Shown here one piece after another: positions 15,283-25,861 of a stretch of DNA of 64,000 bases. Made by a program: the position numbers and the translations under genes. The DNA is from Clostridia bacterium (GTDB lineage Bacteria; Bacillota; Clostridia; Peptostreptococcales; JAAYPU01): assembly GCA_016278615.1 (NCBI GenBank), contig JADQBM010000013.1:2607-66606 (forward strand), written 5' to 3'. Numbering within the stretch: position 1 is the stretch's first letter; each line of letters begins with the position of its first letter. The notes below the pieces were generated by a model. The model did not search any database. It saw only the letters and a list, made by a program, of their open reading frames with translations, and was not told the origin of the DNA.

Positions 15283-16410
15283 TTAACGGCTTATTAACGC
15301 AGCATATCTCTCTAATATATCTACAACCTGATCATGGGGCAACGCGGGGACAAAGTTGTTATTACGCCCGTACATGGATTCTGCCGCTACCATTGCATTG
15401 ACAATAGCTTCTTCCACCGCTTCAGCCGTCGCCTTATAAAAAGGATCAATTTTTTCGTCTGAAAGCATTTCAATAGTTGATATTGAATAACTAAAGACAT
15501 TTTCATTTGCTGTTGAAAAGGCAATAAAAATATCACCTGAATTGTTTTGAAATCCACCACCTAGGTTTCCAATACCCAAGGGTACTCTCTTACAGATTTT
15601 ACTCAACTGCCAAGGCATAAAAGGTGCGTCCGTAGCCACAACAACAATAATGGATCCATCTCCAGGTTTCGGTGCCAAATGGTCGGTTATCTGCTCATGC
15701 CCTATAATTTTTTTTCCAAAGGGTATTCCAGCGATTCTAAATTCTTCTCGTGTTCCGTGATTCGCCTGTACAAGAACACCGATCGTATAATCCCCTTCTT
15801 CTATCTTGATTTTTCTTGACGAAGTGCCAGTTCCTCCTTTAAAGCTATGGCATCGCATTCCTGTTCCGCCCCCTACATTTCCTTCTTTAACAAAACCACC
15901 TTTCGCTGTTTCAAGAGCTTCGACAGCATTCTCTTCTTTAACCATAAAGCCATTGATATTGTTCAAAACTCCGTCGAAGGTCTCTCCAACCGTTGGATAA
16001 AAGTAGCCAAGGCCCTTAACTTCTTCGCCGTCTTTAAATACTGGATAGTAAAAATCATTTTTTATGATCCACTTTGAAGTTGCATCTCTTACAATACCTA
16101 CACTGTTTGTATTAGTAATCATTATAGGCCCATGCAAAAAACCGGAGTCATCAATCCAGTGGGTACCAGTCAACTCACCATTGCCATTTAAATCAAATCT
16201 CCCGGCAAATAGTGCACTCCGTTTTTTTCCTCTGGGTAAAATACAGGTAACACCTGTTCTCGCGAACTCGGTATTCATAGTTGTATCTTCACTGGGTTCT
16301 CCCAGAATAATTGTTGAAAATCCAACTTCTACTCCGTCCACGTCCGTTATTGAGTTGTACTTTCCGCATTCCCCCTCAAATGGGATTCCTAAATCACGAG
16401 CTCTTATCAT
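15283..16410 (-). CDS. P1 family peptidase (DmpA/BapA-like, S58 Ntn aminopeptidase), paralog 1
   Basis: 375 aa. RARDLGIPFEG, NVGGGTGMRCHSFKGGTGTSS, VVATDAP. Clearly paralogous to 24662..25786 along its full length. Confidence 0.85.
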   Translation of the reverse strand: MIRARDLGIPFEGECGKYNSITDVDGVEVGFSTIILGEPSEDTTMNTEFARTGVTCILPRGKKRSALFAGRFDLNGNGELTGTHWIDDSGFLHGPIMITNTNSVGIVRDATSKWIIKNDFYYPVFKDGEEVKGLGYFYPTVGETFDGVLNNINGFMVKEENAVEALETAKGGFVKEGNVGGGTGMRCHSFKGGTGTSSRKIKIEEGDYTIGVLVQANHGTREEFRIAGIPFGKKIIGHEQITDHLAPKPGDGSIIVVVATDAPFMPWQLSKICKRVPLGIGNLGGGFQNNSGDIFIAFSTANENVFSYSISTIEMLSDEKIDPFYKATAEAVEEAIVNAMVAAESMYGRNNNFVPALPHDQVVDILERYAALISR

Positions 16411-16478
16411 TTCATTATTTCTCCATAATCTTTATTTTATATGCAAAGAATTATCCAGATAAAGTTCCTTTGTCCTAC

Positions 16479-17807
16479 TCATCTTCCCGTTATTGACGGC
16501 AGATAAGTTGCGATACCTGGGAAAATAGTAAGCAAAATAATACACACCAACATCGCAATTACAAAGGGGAACACCCCTTTAATTGTGTCTTCCAAGTTCT
16601 TGCCCCCAGTAATACTATGCGTGACAAAGAGGTTAAAACCCACTGGAGGTGTAATCAAGGACATTTCCACTAGCAGAGTTAACACCACTCCAAACCAAAT
16701 TGGATCGAAACCTAATGAATTGACCATAACAGGGTAAAAAACAGGGGTACTGATTATTAATAGATCAATTCCATCTACTAGACAACCCAGAATAATATAA
16801 ATCACCACAATAAGTGCCCAAATGACATATATGCTTACAGGAAGAGAGTTAACAAACAAGCTTAGTTCACGCGGGATATTGAGAATAGATAGTCCCATGC
16901 CCAACGCTCGAGCTCCGACTACGCTTATCATCAATAGCGCGTTTAGAAAAAGTGTCTCTTGAATGATCTCAGCGAAAAGCTTTACTGTCATCTTCCGGTA
17001 ATAAAAAGTCCCTAGCAAAAATGCTATTACAGCCGCTACTGCCGCCGCTTCAGTGGGAGTGGCATATCCCCCGTAAATTGATACCATGATTCCGCTAATT
17101 ATTAGGATAACTGGCCACATATCCAGCAACGCTGACAAAATATCAAAAAAATAACTAAAACCTTTACCAAATGAATTACGCTTCGGCATCCAATCACGGT
17201 GCAGAATGCTTGCTATGACAATCCAAGACATAAATAACCCTGCAAGGAGTATCCCTGGAAAGATCCCAGCAATAAACAATTTACCTATGGAATTGCCTGT
17301 TAAAGAGCCGTACAATATCATCATAATAGATGGCGGGATTAGAATGCCCAGTGTTCCGCCAGCACAAATAGATCCAAGGGTGATGCCTCGTGCATATCCA
17401 TGCTTTTTAAGTTCAGGGTATGATACCCCACCGATAGCAACTGTTGTCGCAGTACTGGATCCTGAGCAAGCTGCAAAAATACTACAGGCCAGAATATTGG
17501 CATGTAGCATGCCTCCTGGGAAGGGGCTCAATATCTTTTTTACCCCGCGGAACAATGATTCACTGCATCCACTTTTTATTAAGATATTTCCCATAAGAAC
17601 AAACAGCGGTAAAGAGACCAGCGTGTAAGACTCAAGGCTGTTGAATAAAAGGCTACCCAGGATACCGTGCATATTCCCACGACCTAAAAACATCAGAGCA
17701 AATATAGCAGTGCCATACAAAGCAAAGCTAATCCACGTCCCTGTGGCCATGAGAAGAAACAGTAATCCGATAATGATGATAATATAGTGTAGAATCTCTA
17801 TTTCCAT
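16479..17807 (-). CDS. TRAP transporter large permease subunit (DctM family)
   Basis: 442 aa polytopic protein, adjacent to the DctQ- and DctP-type genes. Confidence 0.9.
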   Translation of the reverse strand: MEIEILHYIIIIIGLLFLLMATGTWISFALYGTAIFALMFLGRGNMHGILGSLLFNSLESYTLVSLPLFVLMGNILIKSGCSESLFRGVKKILSPFPGGMLHANILACSIFAACSGSSTATTVAIGGVSYPELKKHGYARGITLGSICAGGTLGILIPPSIMMILYGSLTGNSIGKLFIAGIFPGILLAGLFMSWIVIASILHRDWMPKRNSFGKGFSYFFDILSALLDMWPVILIISGIMVSIYGGYATPTEAAAVAAVIAFLLGTFYYRKMTVKLFAEIIQETLFLNALLMISVVGARALGMGLSILNIPRELSLFVNSLPVSIYVIWALIVVIYIILGCLVDGIDLLIISTPVFYPVMVNSLGFDPIWFGVVLTLLVEMSLITPPVGFNLFVTHSITGGKNLEDTIKGVFPFVIAMLVCIILLTIFPGIATYLPSITGR

Positions 17808-17824
17808 GTTGTATCTCCTCTCAT

Positions 17825-18394
17825 CTAAGGTATATTCAGCGTCTCCTGATCGCGAAACTTAAGGGGAGCATCCCTGTACACGAGGGCGAGCACCCGGTTT
17901 ACTAGTAGCATCAGCATATCTATGGCAAAAAGAACCAGACCAAATAAGATGCTACCGCTAAAAACCCAAAGGGGCGTGCGCATGGGACCGGAACTCGTCA
18001 CATGCTTACTCAAAGTATAAAAAAACCACTCTGCTGAGGCCTGAATCATAAAACCAAGACAGACAAGTGAAAAAATAGCGGCAAAAATTCCAAGTGCGTT
18101 CTGCCTCCTATTAGAAAACTGCCTAACCACCAGATCAACTCTTAGGTGGCGATTCCAGCGGAGCGTATAGCCCATCACTAGGTAGGAAATGGGGATTAAG
18201 GTTAAGGCACTCCATTCTTCTATGAAAAGCCAGATCCATCCAAAGAACGCACGATTGATAACACCTGCGAAAATAATCAGGGTAACTCCTACGAGGAGAG
18301 TTCCACTGATGAAGGCACATACTCGTGAGAAATAGTCAAAACCTGCATCTATCTTTTTTGTAATCTGTATAAAGATGTGCACCGTTTTTCTCAT
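17825..18394 (-). CDS. TRAP transporter small permease subunit (DctQ family)
   Basis: Start moved to MRKTVHIF, preceded by AAGGAGGGTGG. Four TM helices. Confidence 0.8.
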   Translation of the reverse strand: MRKTVHIFIQITKKIDAGFDYFSRVCAFISGTLLVGVTLIIFAGVINRAFFGWIWLFIEEWSALTLIPISYLVMGYTLRWNRHLRVDLVVRQFSNRRQNALGIFAAIFSLVCLGFMIQASAEWFFYTLSKHVTSSGPMRTPLWVFSGSILFGLVLFAIDMLMLLVNRVLALVYRDAPLKFRDQETLNIP

Positions 18395-18488
18395 GCTAAC
18401 CACCCTCCTTTCGTTATCCACTCCCAAAAACGAGAGCGGATAACCTATATAGTTAAAGCATTATTCTATAATTTGTTTAATTATCTTT

Positions 18489-19571
18489 TCAGTTTTCAAT
18501 CTGGTTAAGCACTCTCTGTCCGTCATCGCCGACCGCTTCCATCCAAGGTTCCCAGATTTCTTTTTTAACGATTTCTATTACTTCATCTCGATTTTCCTGT
18601 GTAGGAACGACTGCCTTCACCTTACCTGATTGTACTAGCATTTCAACAATCTCATCATTTTGATTCAACTCTAACATCTCGGGTTTCATAGCTGACTCAT
18701 GCATAATCTCAAGAAAAATAGCCTTAACGTCTGATGGAAGATTGTTGAGAGCCTCTTGACTAACCATCAAACCGTCTGTACCCGACATAATTTCCCACAT
18801 GTTGATTGCATCGCAAAAGTCGAAAAACCCACCCGACTCGGCAAATGCTGTGGATGTAACCAATCCATCAATTAAGTTGGTTGCAAGACTTGTGTAAACT
18901 TCTCCGAATGAAACCGAAACGGGTGTCCCGCCCATAATTTCAACTAATTTAGCAAGCTCGGGTGAATAAACACGAACCTTGTGTCCTTTAAGGGAGTTTA
19001 TATCTTCAATCTCATATCCAGCAGTGAAAAAACGTTGGGGCGATGCTGGTAGCATGTGTACCATAGAGGCATTCCATCGTTCTTGTAAAATATCCTCTAA
19101 AACACCACTTCTATCTTGATCGAAATTACCCCAAATTCGAGCGATAACCTCCCATGCCTCCATCGGATCAGTAGGGAGCAACATGGGGATGGCATCGACT
19201 CCAAAAACAGGTTCTACGGCAGTAAGATAACCGCTGTAGAAGTGACTAAGTTGAGCATTTCCCTCTTCTAGTACCCTGAGCATGTCCTCACCTTCATAGG
19301 GATGTTGCCCATACCAGTAAGCATCAATAACCAGCCTACCTTCGGTTGCTTCCTCTATCTCATCAAAAAGCCGTGACCAAACCTCACCACAGGCGCCTTC
19401 CTCCTCCCCGTAGGCAGAGTAGAAGGACCACTGAGTAACCTCATCTTCATCTGATTGATCCACACTGGGTTGTGTTGCACAACCAGTGAATATAAGGGTT
19501 AGGACTAAAGTAACCATTAGAAACTTAAACACACTCGTCTTTTGATATCTCACTTCACTATCTCCTTTCAT
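18489..19571 (-). CDS. TRAP transporter substrate-binding protein (DctP-type), lipoprotein
   Basis: 360 aa. Lipobox IFTGC. First gene of the TRAP operon. Confidence 0.8.
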   Translation of the reverse strand: MKGDSEVRYQKTSVFKFLMVTLVLTLIFTGCATQPSVDQSDEDEVTQWSFYSAYGEEEGACGEVWSRLFDEIEEATEGRLVIDAYWYGQHPYEGEDMLRVLEEGNAQLSHFYSGYLTAVEPVFGVDAIPMLLPTDPMEAWEVIARIWGNFDQDRSGVLEDILQERWNASMVHMLPASPQRFFTAGYEIEDINSLKGHKVRVYSPELAKLVEIMGGTPVSVSFGEVYTSLATNLIDGLVTSTAFAESGGFFDFCDAINMWEIMSGTDGLMVSQEALNNLPSDVKAIFLEIMHESAMKPEMLELNQNDEIVEMLVQSGKVKAVVPTQENRDEVIEIVKKEIWEPWMEAVGDDGQRVLNQIEN

Positions 19572-19609
19572 TTAGAAAAAAATTAAAAAAATAACTCTAA
19601 ATTATATAT

Positions 19610-19625
19610 AGCAATTTTCATACCA
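19610..19625 (-). promoter_or_regulatory. sigma-54 (-24/-12) promoter TGGTAT-gaaaa-TTGCT upstream of the TRAP operon
   Basis: Reverse complement of agcaattttcatacca. GG and GC are separated by exactly 10 nt. About 40 nt upstream of ATG 19571. Confidence 0.7.
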
Positions 19626-19788
19626 CAGATAGAGTCATGATTTAAATTTATTGAATATTCAGTGTTTTTCCCATTTCAAATAGTGCCTACCCTATTGCCT
19701 ATTATCCATTTATGCATATTTTTTTAGCGTGTTTCTTAATGCATTTACTAATACTCATTTTTTGTACTTCAAAATACCACAAATGAGC

Positions 19789-19830
19789 AAACAAATAACA
19801 GTATCCACTTTGGGATACTGTTATTTGTTT
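19789..19830 (-). terminator. 18-bp stem terminator after the sigma-54 activator gene
   Basis: aaacaaataacagtatcc-actttg-ggatactgttatttgttt. T-rich tail on the minus strand. Confidence 0.75.
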
Positions 19831-19837
19831 TTGGATA

Positions 19838-21253
19838 CTATGTTTTAATCTTATATAAGTCAAATTTTCTTGATATTGTTGATTGACTCACTTTAAGTAT
19901 TTTCCTTACATTTTCCTGTGTTTTATATTTTTCTAAGTATTGTTTTAAAATCCTCATCTCATACTTTTGCATTATTTCCTTTAGACTTAATGTTTCTTCT
20001 TCAAGTATTTCATTCTCAATCCCTTTAATAAAGTTTGTAACATCTGTTTCACGAATCATGTCATTTTCAGATAACACTAAAATTCTCTCAATGGTATTTT
20101 GTAATTCTCTAACATTACCACGAAATGAGAATTCTAACAACTTATTAACTGCTTCGATATTAAAACTCTTTTTCAGATTATGCTTCTCATTGAATTGTTT
20201 TGCGAAATAACCCGCCAACAAAGGGATGTCTTCTTTCCGCTCTCGTAAAGGCGGAACGTATATAGGGATTACATTCAATCTATAGTATAGATCTTCCCTA
20301 AATACTCCTTCACTAACCAGAGTTTCAAGTTCCTTGTTGGATGCTGCTATGATGCGAACATCTGTCGTGATTGGCTTTGTCCCTCCGACTCTAAAAAATT
20401 CACCTTCCTGTAGGAATCTTAATAATTTCGCTTGTAACGGTACCGCAAGTTCGCTGACTTCATCCAGCAACAAGGTGCCCTCCTGGGCATACTCCAGGAT
20501 TCCCTTTTTACCCTTGCCAGCTGCTCCAGTAAAAGAACCTGCTTCATAACCAAATAATTCCGATTCCATTAATTGTTCCGGTATTGAAGCGCAATTTATT
20601 TTGACAAAGGGTTTCCTGCTTCTATTGCTTTTCTCAAAGATATACTCAGCAATGCGCTCTTTACCAACACCTGATTCCCCTTGCAAAAGAACATTAGAAT
20701 CAAACTGAGCTACCTTATCACATAACAGAAGCAACTGCCTCATGATTCGACTCTGATGAATAATTTTATTACTTTGTGGATCCATCTTATTTTGCAGTTG
20801 CTGAAGTTGCATATTCAAACGAATATTGTCATTCTTTATTTTTTCCAGCGATTCTTTTGTTTTGTTTATTTCCGTAGTGTCCAACAAATTTGATAAAACA
20901 TATTTCAATTTTCCTTCTGAATCAAAATATGGATTCGCATACACGAGGTAACTTCTTCCATTTACCAAATTTTGCTCTATCTTAACAGGTTTTAACGTTT
21001 CACAAACCATAATAGTTGCTGAAGGTGACTGGTCCTCAATTTCTACTTCTCTCATGTTTCGTCCAACATTATAACTTGGTACTTGCCCCGTTATGTTAAT
21101 TTGAGCTTGATTAACTTTTATAACTTTACCCTCAGCATCTGAAATTAGATAGCCAATTTCAGATGCTTCAATCGCAGCTTCAAGCATCTCCAAGTATTCA
21201 TCATCAGAGTTAAAAGAGTCATAAAAGGTATACTCTGTATTTCTTCTTTTCAT
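19838..21253 (-). CDS. sigma-54-dependent transcriptional activator (PAS + AAA+ + Fis-type HTH)
   Basis: 471 aa. Walker A GESGVGKE, GSFTGA (GAFTGA variant), C-terminal HTH VRKILKVSQSTISRK. Confidence 0.9.
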   Translation of the reverse strand: MKRRNTEYTFYDSFNSDDEYLEMLEAAIEASEIGYLISDAEGKVIKVNQAQINITGQVPSYNVGRNMREVEIEDQSPSATIMVCETLKPVKIEQNLVNGRSYLVYANPYFDSEGKLKYVLSNLLDTTEINKTKESLEKIKNDNIRLNMQLQQLQNKMDPQSNKIIHQSRIMRQLLLLCDKVAQFDSNVLLQGESGVGKERIAEYIFEKSNRSRKPFVKINCASIPEQLMESELFGYEAGSFTGAAGKGKKGILEYAQEGTLLLDEVSELAVPLQAKLLRFLQEGEFFRVGGTKPITTDVRIIAASNKELETLVSEGVFREDLYYRLNVIPIYVPPLRERKEDIPLLAGYFAKQFNEKHNLKKSFNIEAVNKLLEFSFRGNVRELQNTIERILVLSENDMIRETDVTNFIKGIENEILEEETLSLKEIMQKYEMRILKQYLEKYKTQENVRKILKVSQSTISRKFDLYKIKT

Positions 21254-21528
21254 CTTCTTGCTCCCCTATCAAACAAACTTTTTTTGAGCAACCCTTGTTT
21301 TCTATACCTTAGCATAATTAACACTAAAAATATATAATTTCTTTCAGGCTATACATAAAATGCGGATAGTTTTTTAAGTAAAACTAATTTCTTAATTCAG
21401 TTGAATTATTTAATATTCTTTAATTTTTTATTATTTTTCTTCTTGTTTTAACTATTATTTACTCTGCGTTCTACATTTGGAATAAAAAAAGTAGCAATCA
21501 GAGTTGTGCTGACCATGAATCATAATAA

Positions 21529-21556
21529 AATCAGGGAGCTTTACGCTTCCCTGATT
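21529..21556 (-). terminator. hairpin about 270 nt downstream of the M20 gene
   Basis: aatcagggagc-tttac-gcttccctgatt, flanked by an A-run and a T-run (bidirectional look). Confidence 0.5.
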
Positions 21557-21822
21557 TTATTATACATGGATTCTTGGGAGGAGAAAATTTATGAAAAAAA
21601 GTTTTTGATGAAGTTAAAATAGAATAACTTGTATTAAGATTACGCAAGTTATATGCCATAATTCAATATTCTCTTACTCCTTAAAGTATCAACATATTAT
21701 GTAATAAATAATTCAATGGACTTTCCTATTATTCATTCTTGCATGACTAGTAGATTGAAATAGGATTAAGATATAGATAATTCAGCTCGATAAATGTTAA
21801 TATTTCATTCATTTCTATAGCT

Positions 21823-22980
21823 TTAACCAAGAATGCTTCTGACATTTTCAACCTGCATTGCTACACCAATAGGAAGACAGCTTTCATCAATATCAAATAA
21901 ATTCTGGTGCAAGTTATATGTGATTCCTTTGCTTTCATTTCTGCAGCCCAGAAAATAATAGGCCCCTGGAGTCTTTTCCAGAAAAAATGAAAAATCTTCA
22001 ACGCCTAAGCTTGCCTCTTCAATGTTTATGATCCATTCTTCACCTATGAGTTTCTTTCCATTAGCCTTTATTATATCCACATAAATATCGTCATTTATTA
22101 TTGCTGGGTAACCTTTATGACTTATAAATTTACCTCTTGAACCCAATGCCCGTGCTGTTTCTTCAACAATACTTGCTGCATTTTTCAACACCACTTCCCT
22201 TGCCTTAGGGTGCAATGCTCTAATAGTCCCATGCATCTCCACACAATCACAAATAATATTTTCTGCCGTACCTCCTTGTATCTTTCCTATGGATAGTACT
22301 GCAGGATTTAAAGGATCGGTATTCCGGCTAATCACTGTTTGCAAAGCTGTTATAATATGGGCCGAAGCTATAACAGCATCTATACCCAGATGTGGATATG
22401 CACCATGTGCACTTGTACCTTCTATAATAATTGAGAAGCTATCAGAAGTAGCACTTATTGTACCATGCTTAATACCAATACTTCCAACATCCAATTCTGA
22501 ATCAACATGCAGACCAAATATAACGTCTACATGAGGATTTTCTAATACACCCGCTTCAACCATAGGTTGAGCACCACCTATAGTTTCCTCTGAGGGCTGG
22601 AAAATTAATTTGATATTTCCTTTTAGACTGGCTCTTATCTCATTCAATACCTTAGCCGCACCCAACTGAATGGCTATATGGGCATCATGTCCGCAGGCAT
22701 GCATCTTTCCATCAATTTTCGAACGATATTGGGCGTTTGACGCTTCTTGTATTGGCAAGGCGTCCATATCCGCTCTAAGTGCAACAGTCCTACCTTCTTG
22801 ACAGCCTCTGATGATACCTACGATCCCAGTATTTGCTATGCCTTCAATATACTCGATATTCATTTCTTTTAAGTATTCCGCTATTCTCATTGCTGTTCTC
22901 TTTTCATTCATCCCAAGCTCTGGATACTGATGAAAGTCTCTTCTTACAAGAGCAAGCCAATCCTGCATAGATTCATACAA
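21823..22980 (-). CDS. M20D family amidohydrolase (N-acyl-L-amino-acid amidohydrolase / hippurate hydrolase-like)
   Basis: 385 aa. HACGHDAH metal motif, FQPSEE, M20 dimerisation-domain spacing. Confidence 0.85.
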   Translation of the reverse strand: MYESMQDWLALVRRDFHQYPELGMNEKRTAMRIAEYLKEMNIEYIEGIANTGIVGIIRGCQEGRTVALRADMDALPIQEASNAQYRSKIDGKMHACGHDAHIAIQLGAAKVLNEIRASLKGNIKLIFQPSEETIGGAQPMVEAGVLENPHVDVIFGLHVDSELDVGSIGIKHGTISATSDSFSIIIEGTSAHGAYPHLGIDAVIASAHIITALQTVISRNTDPLNPAVLSIGKIQGGTAENIICDCVEMHGTIRALHPKAREVVLKNAASIVEETARALGSRGKFISHKGYPAIINDDIYVDIIKANGKKLIGEEWIINIEEASLGVEDFSFFLEKTPGAYYFLGCRNESKGITYNLHQNLFDIDESCLPIGVAMQVENVRSILG

Positions 22981-22985
22981 TTAAT

Positions 22986-24620
22986 TCACACTCCTTTTTT
23001 AACAGCGGAGGATCTTTCATAGACAATTTTTCCATCGACCATAGTCATTTCCACCATCATTTCCTTTATACATTCCGCCCTGCATTTTAATATAGGGCCG
23101 GATAAAACAACCATGTCCGCTAGCTTGTTAATTTCCAAGCTCCCCTTAATATTTTCCTCAAAACTTGCATAAGCTCCGTTTATTGTATATAGCCTGATTG
23201 CATCCATTATACTGACTCTTTGATTTTTTCCTACATTTTCTCCTGTTTCACTCTGTCTGTTTACAGCAGCATGTATGCCTAAAATGGGATCTGCTGACGC
23301 CACAGGAGAGTCTGAACTTCCAGCACTTATGATTTCCGTTTCAATAAAGGATTTGCAGGCAAACATATAATCTGTTCTTTTTCCGTAATTCTGTAAATAT
23401 CCGTCTCCGAATTCATATATAAAATGCGGCTGGGCTACGGGAATCATCTTAAGATTTTTAATTCGATTTATAATTTGAGGATTAACAATAGCACAATGTT
23501 CAATTCGATGTCTGCAATTCTCTCGGGGATATGTCCTTTGCGCCAATTCAATAGCATCAAGAAACATCTCTATTGCCTTGTCTCCTACTGCATGTGCAGT
23601 AACCTGATACCCTGCCTTATGCGCATTGATGCACAAGTTATTAAGATGATCTTGAGTGATATTGAGCATACCCCTGTCATTCAGATTTGTACAGTATGGT
23701 TCTTTTACAGCTGCAGTTGGCGCACTGCTGCTGCCATCTATAAAAGCAACTTTAAAAGTACCAATTTTGAATTGTTCATTTCCAAAACCTGTTGTTAGTC
23801 CTGTTTTAAGAAATAATTCTCCAAATTCCTCGTTATCAGAGGCAGGAAGAACCATTGTATATATTCTTGTATGGATTAATTCTTGCGTGAAGGCATCCTG
23901 TATAACTTTATTTTGTAAAGGTCCATAGCCTCCTGCATCATGCACAGTCGTAATACCCATACTGGTCAATTTTCTATCGGCAGTGATAAGTCCTTCCATC
24001 AGTTCCTCATTGGTAATAGGAATCATCTTTGCTGCATTATAGGCAGCATTCTCATATAGTAGTCCGGTTAGTTTACCATTACTTCCTCGCTCTATTTTTC
24101 CTCCCACAGGGTCCTCAGTCTCTTCTGATATTTTGCATGCTGATAGTGCTGCACTGTTACAGACTGCCATATGACCACATATTCTGAATAAAATGACCGG
24201 ATGCTTGTCTGTGACAGAATCTAGGTCACAGCAGTTAGGATGTCTTTTGTCGGTAAGCTTGGATTGGTTGTAACCAACTCCCATAATCCATGTTCCTGAT
24301 GGAACATTTTCTGCGGCTTTTCTTATTTCACTTTTTATATCATCAATTGATTTTACATTAGGGTAACTACAATCTATGCCTGCTTCATTGAGGCCGCAAT
24401 CCAGAAGATGTATATGTGAGTCAATAAAACCGGGAAGAAGACTGTTTCCTTTTAAATCTATTTTAATGGTGTTTTCATCCACCCATTCTTCTATTGATTT
24501 ATTACTTCCAACAAATAGAATTTTATTATCTTTAACGGCAACAGCTTCAGAAACATCATTACTGCCATTAACGGTTATGACTTCTCCATTAAAGAATACT
24601 AAATCTGCATATTGATTCAT
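22986..24620 (-). CDS. amidohydrolase family 3 (YtcJ-like metal-dependent hydrolase)
   Basis: Start moved to MNQYADLVFFNG (RBS GAAAGGGGA). PGFIDSHIHLL HxH motif. About 544 aa. Confidence 0.85.
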   Translation of the reverse strand: MNQYADLVFFNGEVITVNGSNDVSEAVAVKDNKILFVGSNKSIEEWVDENTIKIDLKGNSLLPGFIDSHIHLLDCGLNEAGIDCSYPNVKSIDDIKSEIRKAAENVPSGTWIMGVGYNQSKLTDKRHPNCCDLDSVTDKHPVILFRICGHMAVCNSAALSACKISEETEDPVGGKIERGSNGKLTGLLYENAAYNAAKMIPITNEELMEGLITADRKLTSMGITTVHDAGGYGPLQNKVIQDAFTQELIHTRIYTMVLPASDNEEFGELFLKTGLTTGFGNEQFKIGTFKVAFIDGSSSAPTAAVKEPYCTNLNDRGMLNITQDHLNNLCINAHKAGYQVTAHAVGDKAIEMFLDAIELAQRTYPRENCRHRIEHCAIVNPQIINRIKNLKMIPVAQPHFIYEFGDGYLQNYGKRTDYMFACKSFIETEIISAGSSDSPVASADPILGIHAAVNRQSETGENVGKNQRVSIMDAIRLYTINGAYASFEENIKGSLEINKLADMVVLSGPILKCRAECIKEMMVEMTMVDGKIVYERSSAVKKGV

Positions 24621-24661
24621 TGTATTACGTCCCCTTTCAAAAAAGAAACTCAAATTAATGA

Positions 24662-25786
24662 TTATTTTATTAACTTTCCATATTTAGTCATTATTGCTAT
24701 CACTTGATCATGGGGTAAAGCAGGAAGATAGTTTTTATCTCTGCCCATCATACTTTTTGCAGCGACCATTGCATTGACAATAGATTCCTCAACAGCTTCA
24801 GCAGTCGCCTTATATAATGGATCCATCCTTACATCAGAAAGCATTTCAACCATAGATGATGTATAGCTAAAAGCATTTTCGTTTGCTACAGAAAAAGCAA
24901 TAAAAATATCTCCTGATCCATTCTCATAACCGCCACCTAATCGACCTATTCCAATAGGTACCCTTTTGCATAACTTGCTTAATTGAATGGGTGAAAGGGG
25001 TGCATCGGTAGCAACCACAACAATAATGGATCCATCTCCTGGTTTAATTCCCAGGGTATTGATGATTTGATCACAATTATTAATTTCTTTTCCTAATGGA
25101 ACACCGGCTATTTCAAGTTTTTCTCTGGTTCCATGGTTCGCCTGTACAAGTACACCTACTGTATAGCCACCTTCTTCTTCGGTCAAAACTCGAGAGGAAG
25201 TCCCTGTCCCTCCTTTAAAGCAGTGGCATCTCATTCCCGTGCCACCACCTACATTACCTTCTTGAATAAGCTCAGTTTTAGCATTATTCAACGCTTCATA
25301 AACATGATTTTCCTTTACTTTAAAACCATTTATGTTATTTATTAAACCATCATATGTCTCACCGACTACAGGATAGAAAAATGCTGTTTCCTCTACTTCT
25401 TGATCATTATGATAAACTGGATAGTAATACTTATTTTCGAGCATCCACTTTAAAGTTGCATCCCTAACAATACCAACACTGTTTGTATTGGTAATCAATA
25501 CAGGTCCATGTAAAAAACCGGAGTCATCAATCCAATGGCTGCCAGTAAGCTCTCCGTTGCCATTTAAGTCATGCCTTCCAGCAAAAACCATGCTTCTTCT
25601 CTTCCCTCTTGGAAGAATTGCAGTAACCCCCGTCCTGGCAAAATCAGAAAACGAGTTTACATAATCTTCCGGTTTTCCTTGTATTATTGTACTATATCCT
25701 ACTTCAACACCTTTCACATCTGTGATGGCATTATATTTTCCACATTTGCCTTCAAATGGGATTCCTAAATCTCGTGCTCTCTTCAT
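24662..25786 (-). CDS. P1 family peptidase (DmpA/BapA-like), paralog 2
   Basis: Start moved to MKRARDLGIPFEG (RBS GGAGGAAATT). The track start at 25807 is a TTG. Colinear with paralog 1. Confidence 0.85.
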   Translation of the reverse strand: MKRARDLGIPFEGKCGKYNAITDVKGVEVGYSTIIQGKPEDYVNSFSDFARTGVTAILPRGKRRSMVFAGRHDLNGNGELTGSHWIDDSGFLHGPVLITNTNSVGIVRDATLKWMLENKYYYPVYHNDQEVEETAFFYPVVGETYDGLINNINGFKVKENHVYEALNNAKTELIQEGNVGGGTGMRCHCFKGGTGTSSRVLTEEEGGYTVGVLVQANHGTREKLEIAGVPLGKEINNCDQIINTLGIKPGDGSIIVVVATDAPLSPIQLSKLCKRVPIGIGRLGGGYENGSGDIFIAFSVANENAFSYTSSMVEMLSDVRMDPLYKATAEAVEESIVNAMVAAKSMMGRDKNYLPALPHDQVIAIMTKYGKLIK

Positions 25787-25861
25787 AATTTCCTCCAGAT
25801 TGTCCAAATCTATTACTTATATATATTCTCTTTTTCTTAAACTACAGTCATGTAAAATTAG

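Noticed and set aside
21591-21608. Five-codon mini-ORF (ATGAAAAAAAGTTTTTGA) behind a strong GGGAGGAG on the plus strand
   Set aside because: There is no downstream plus-strand gene for it to regulate, and it is isolated in a 570-bp AT-rich spacer. It could be a leader remnant, but nothing supports that.
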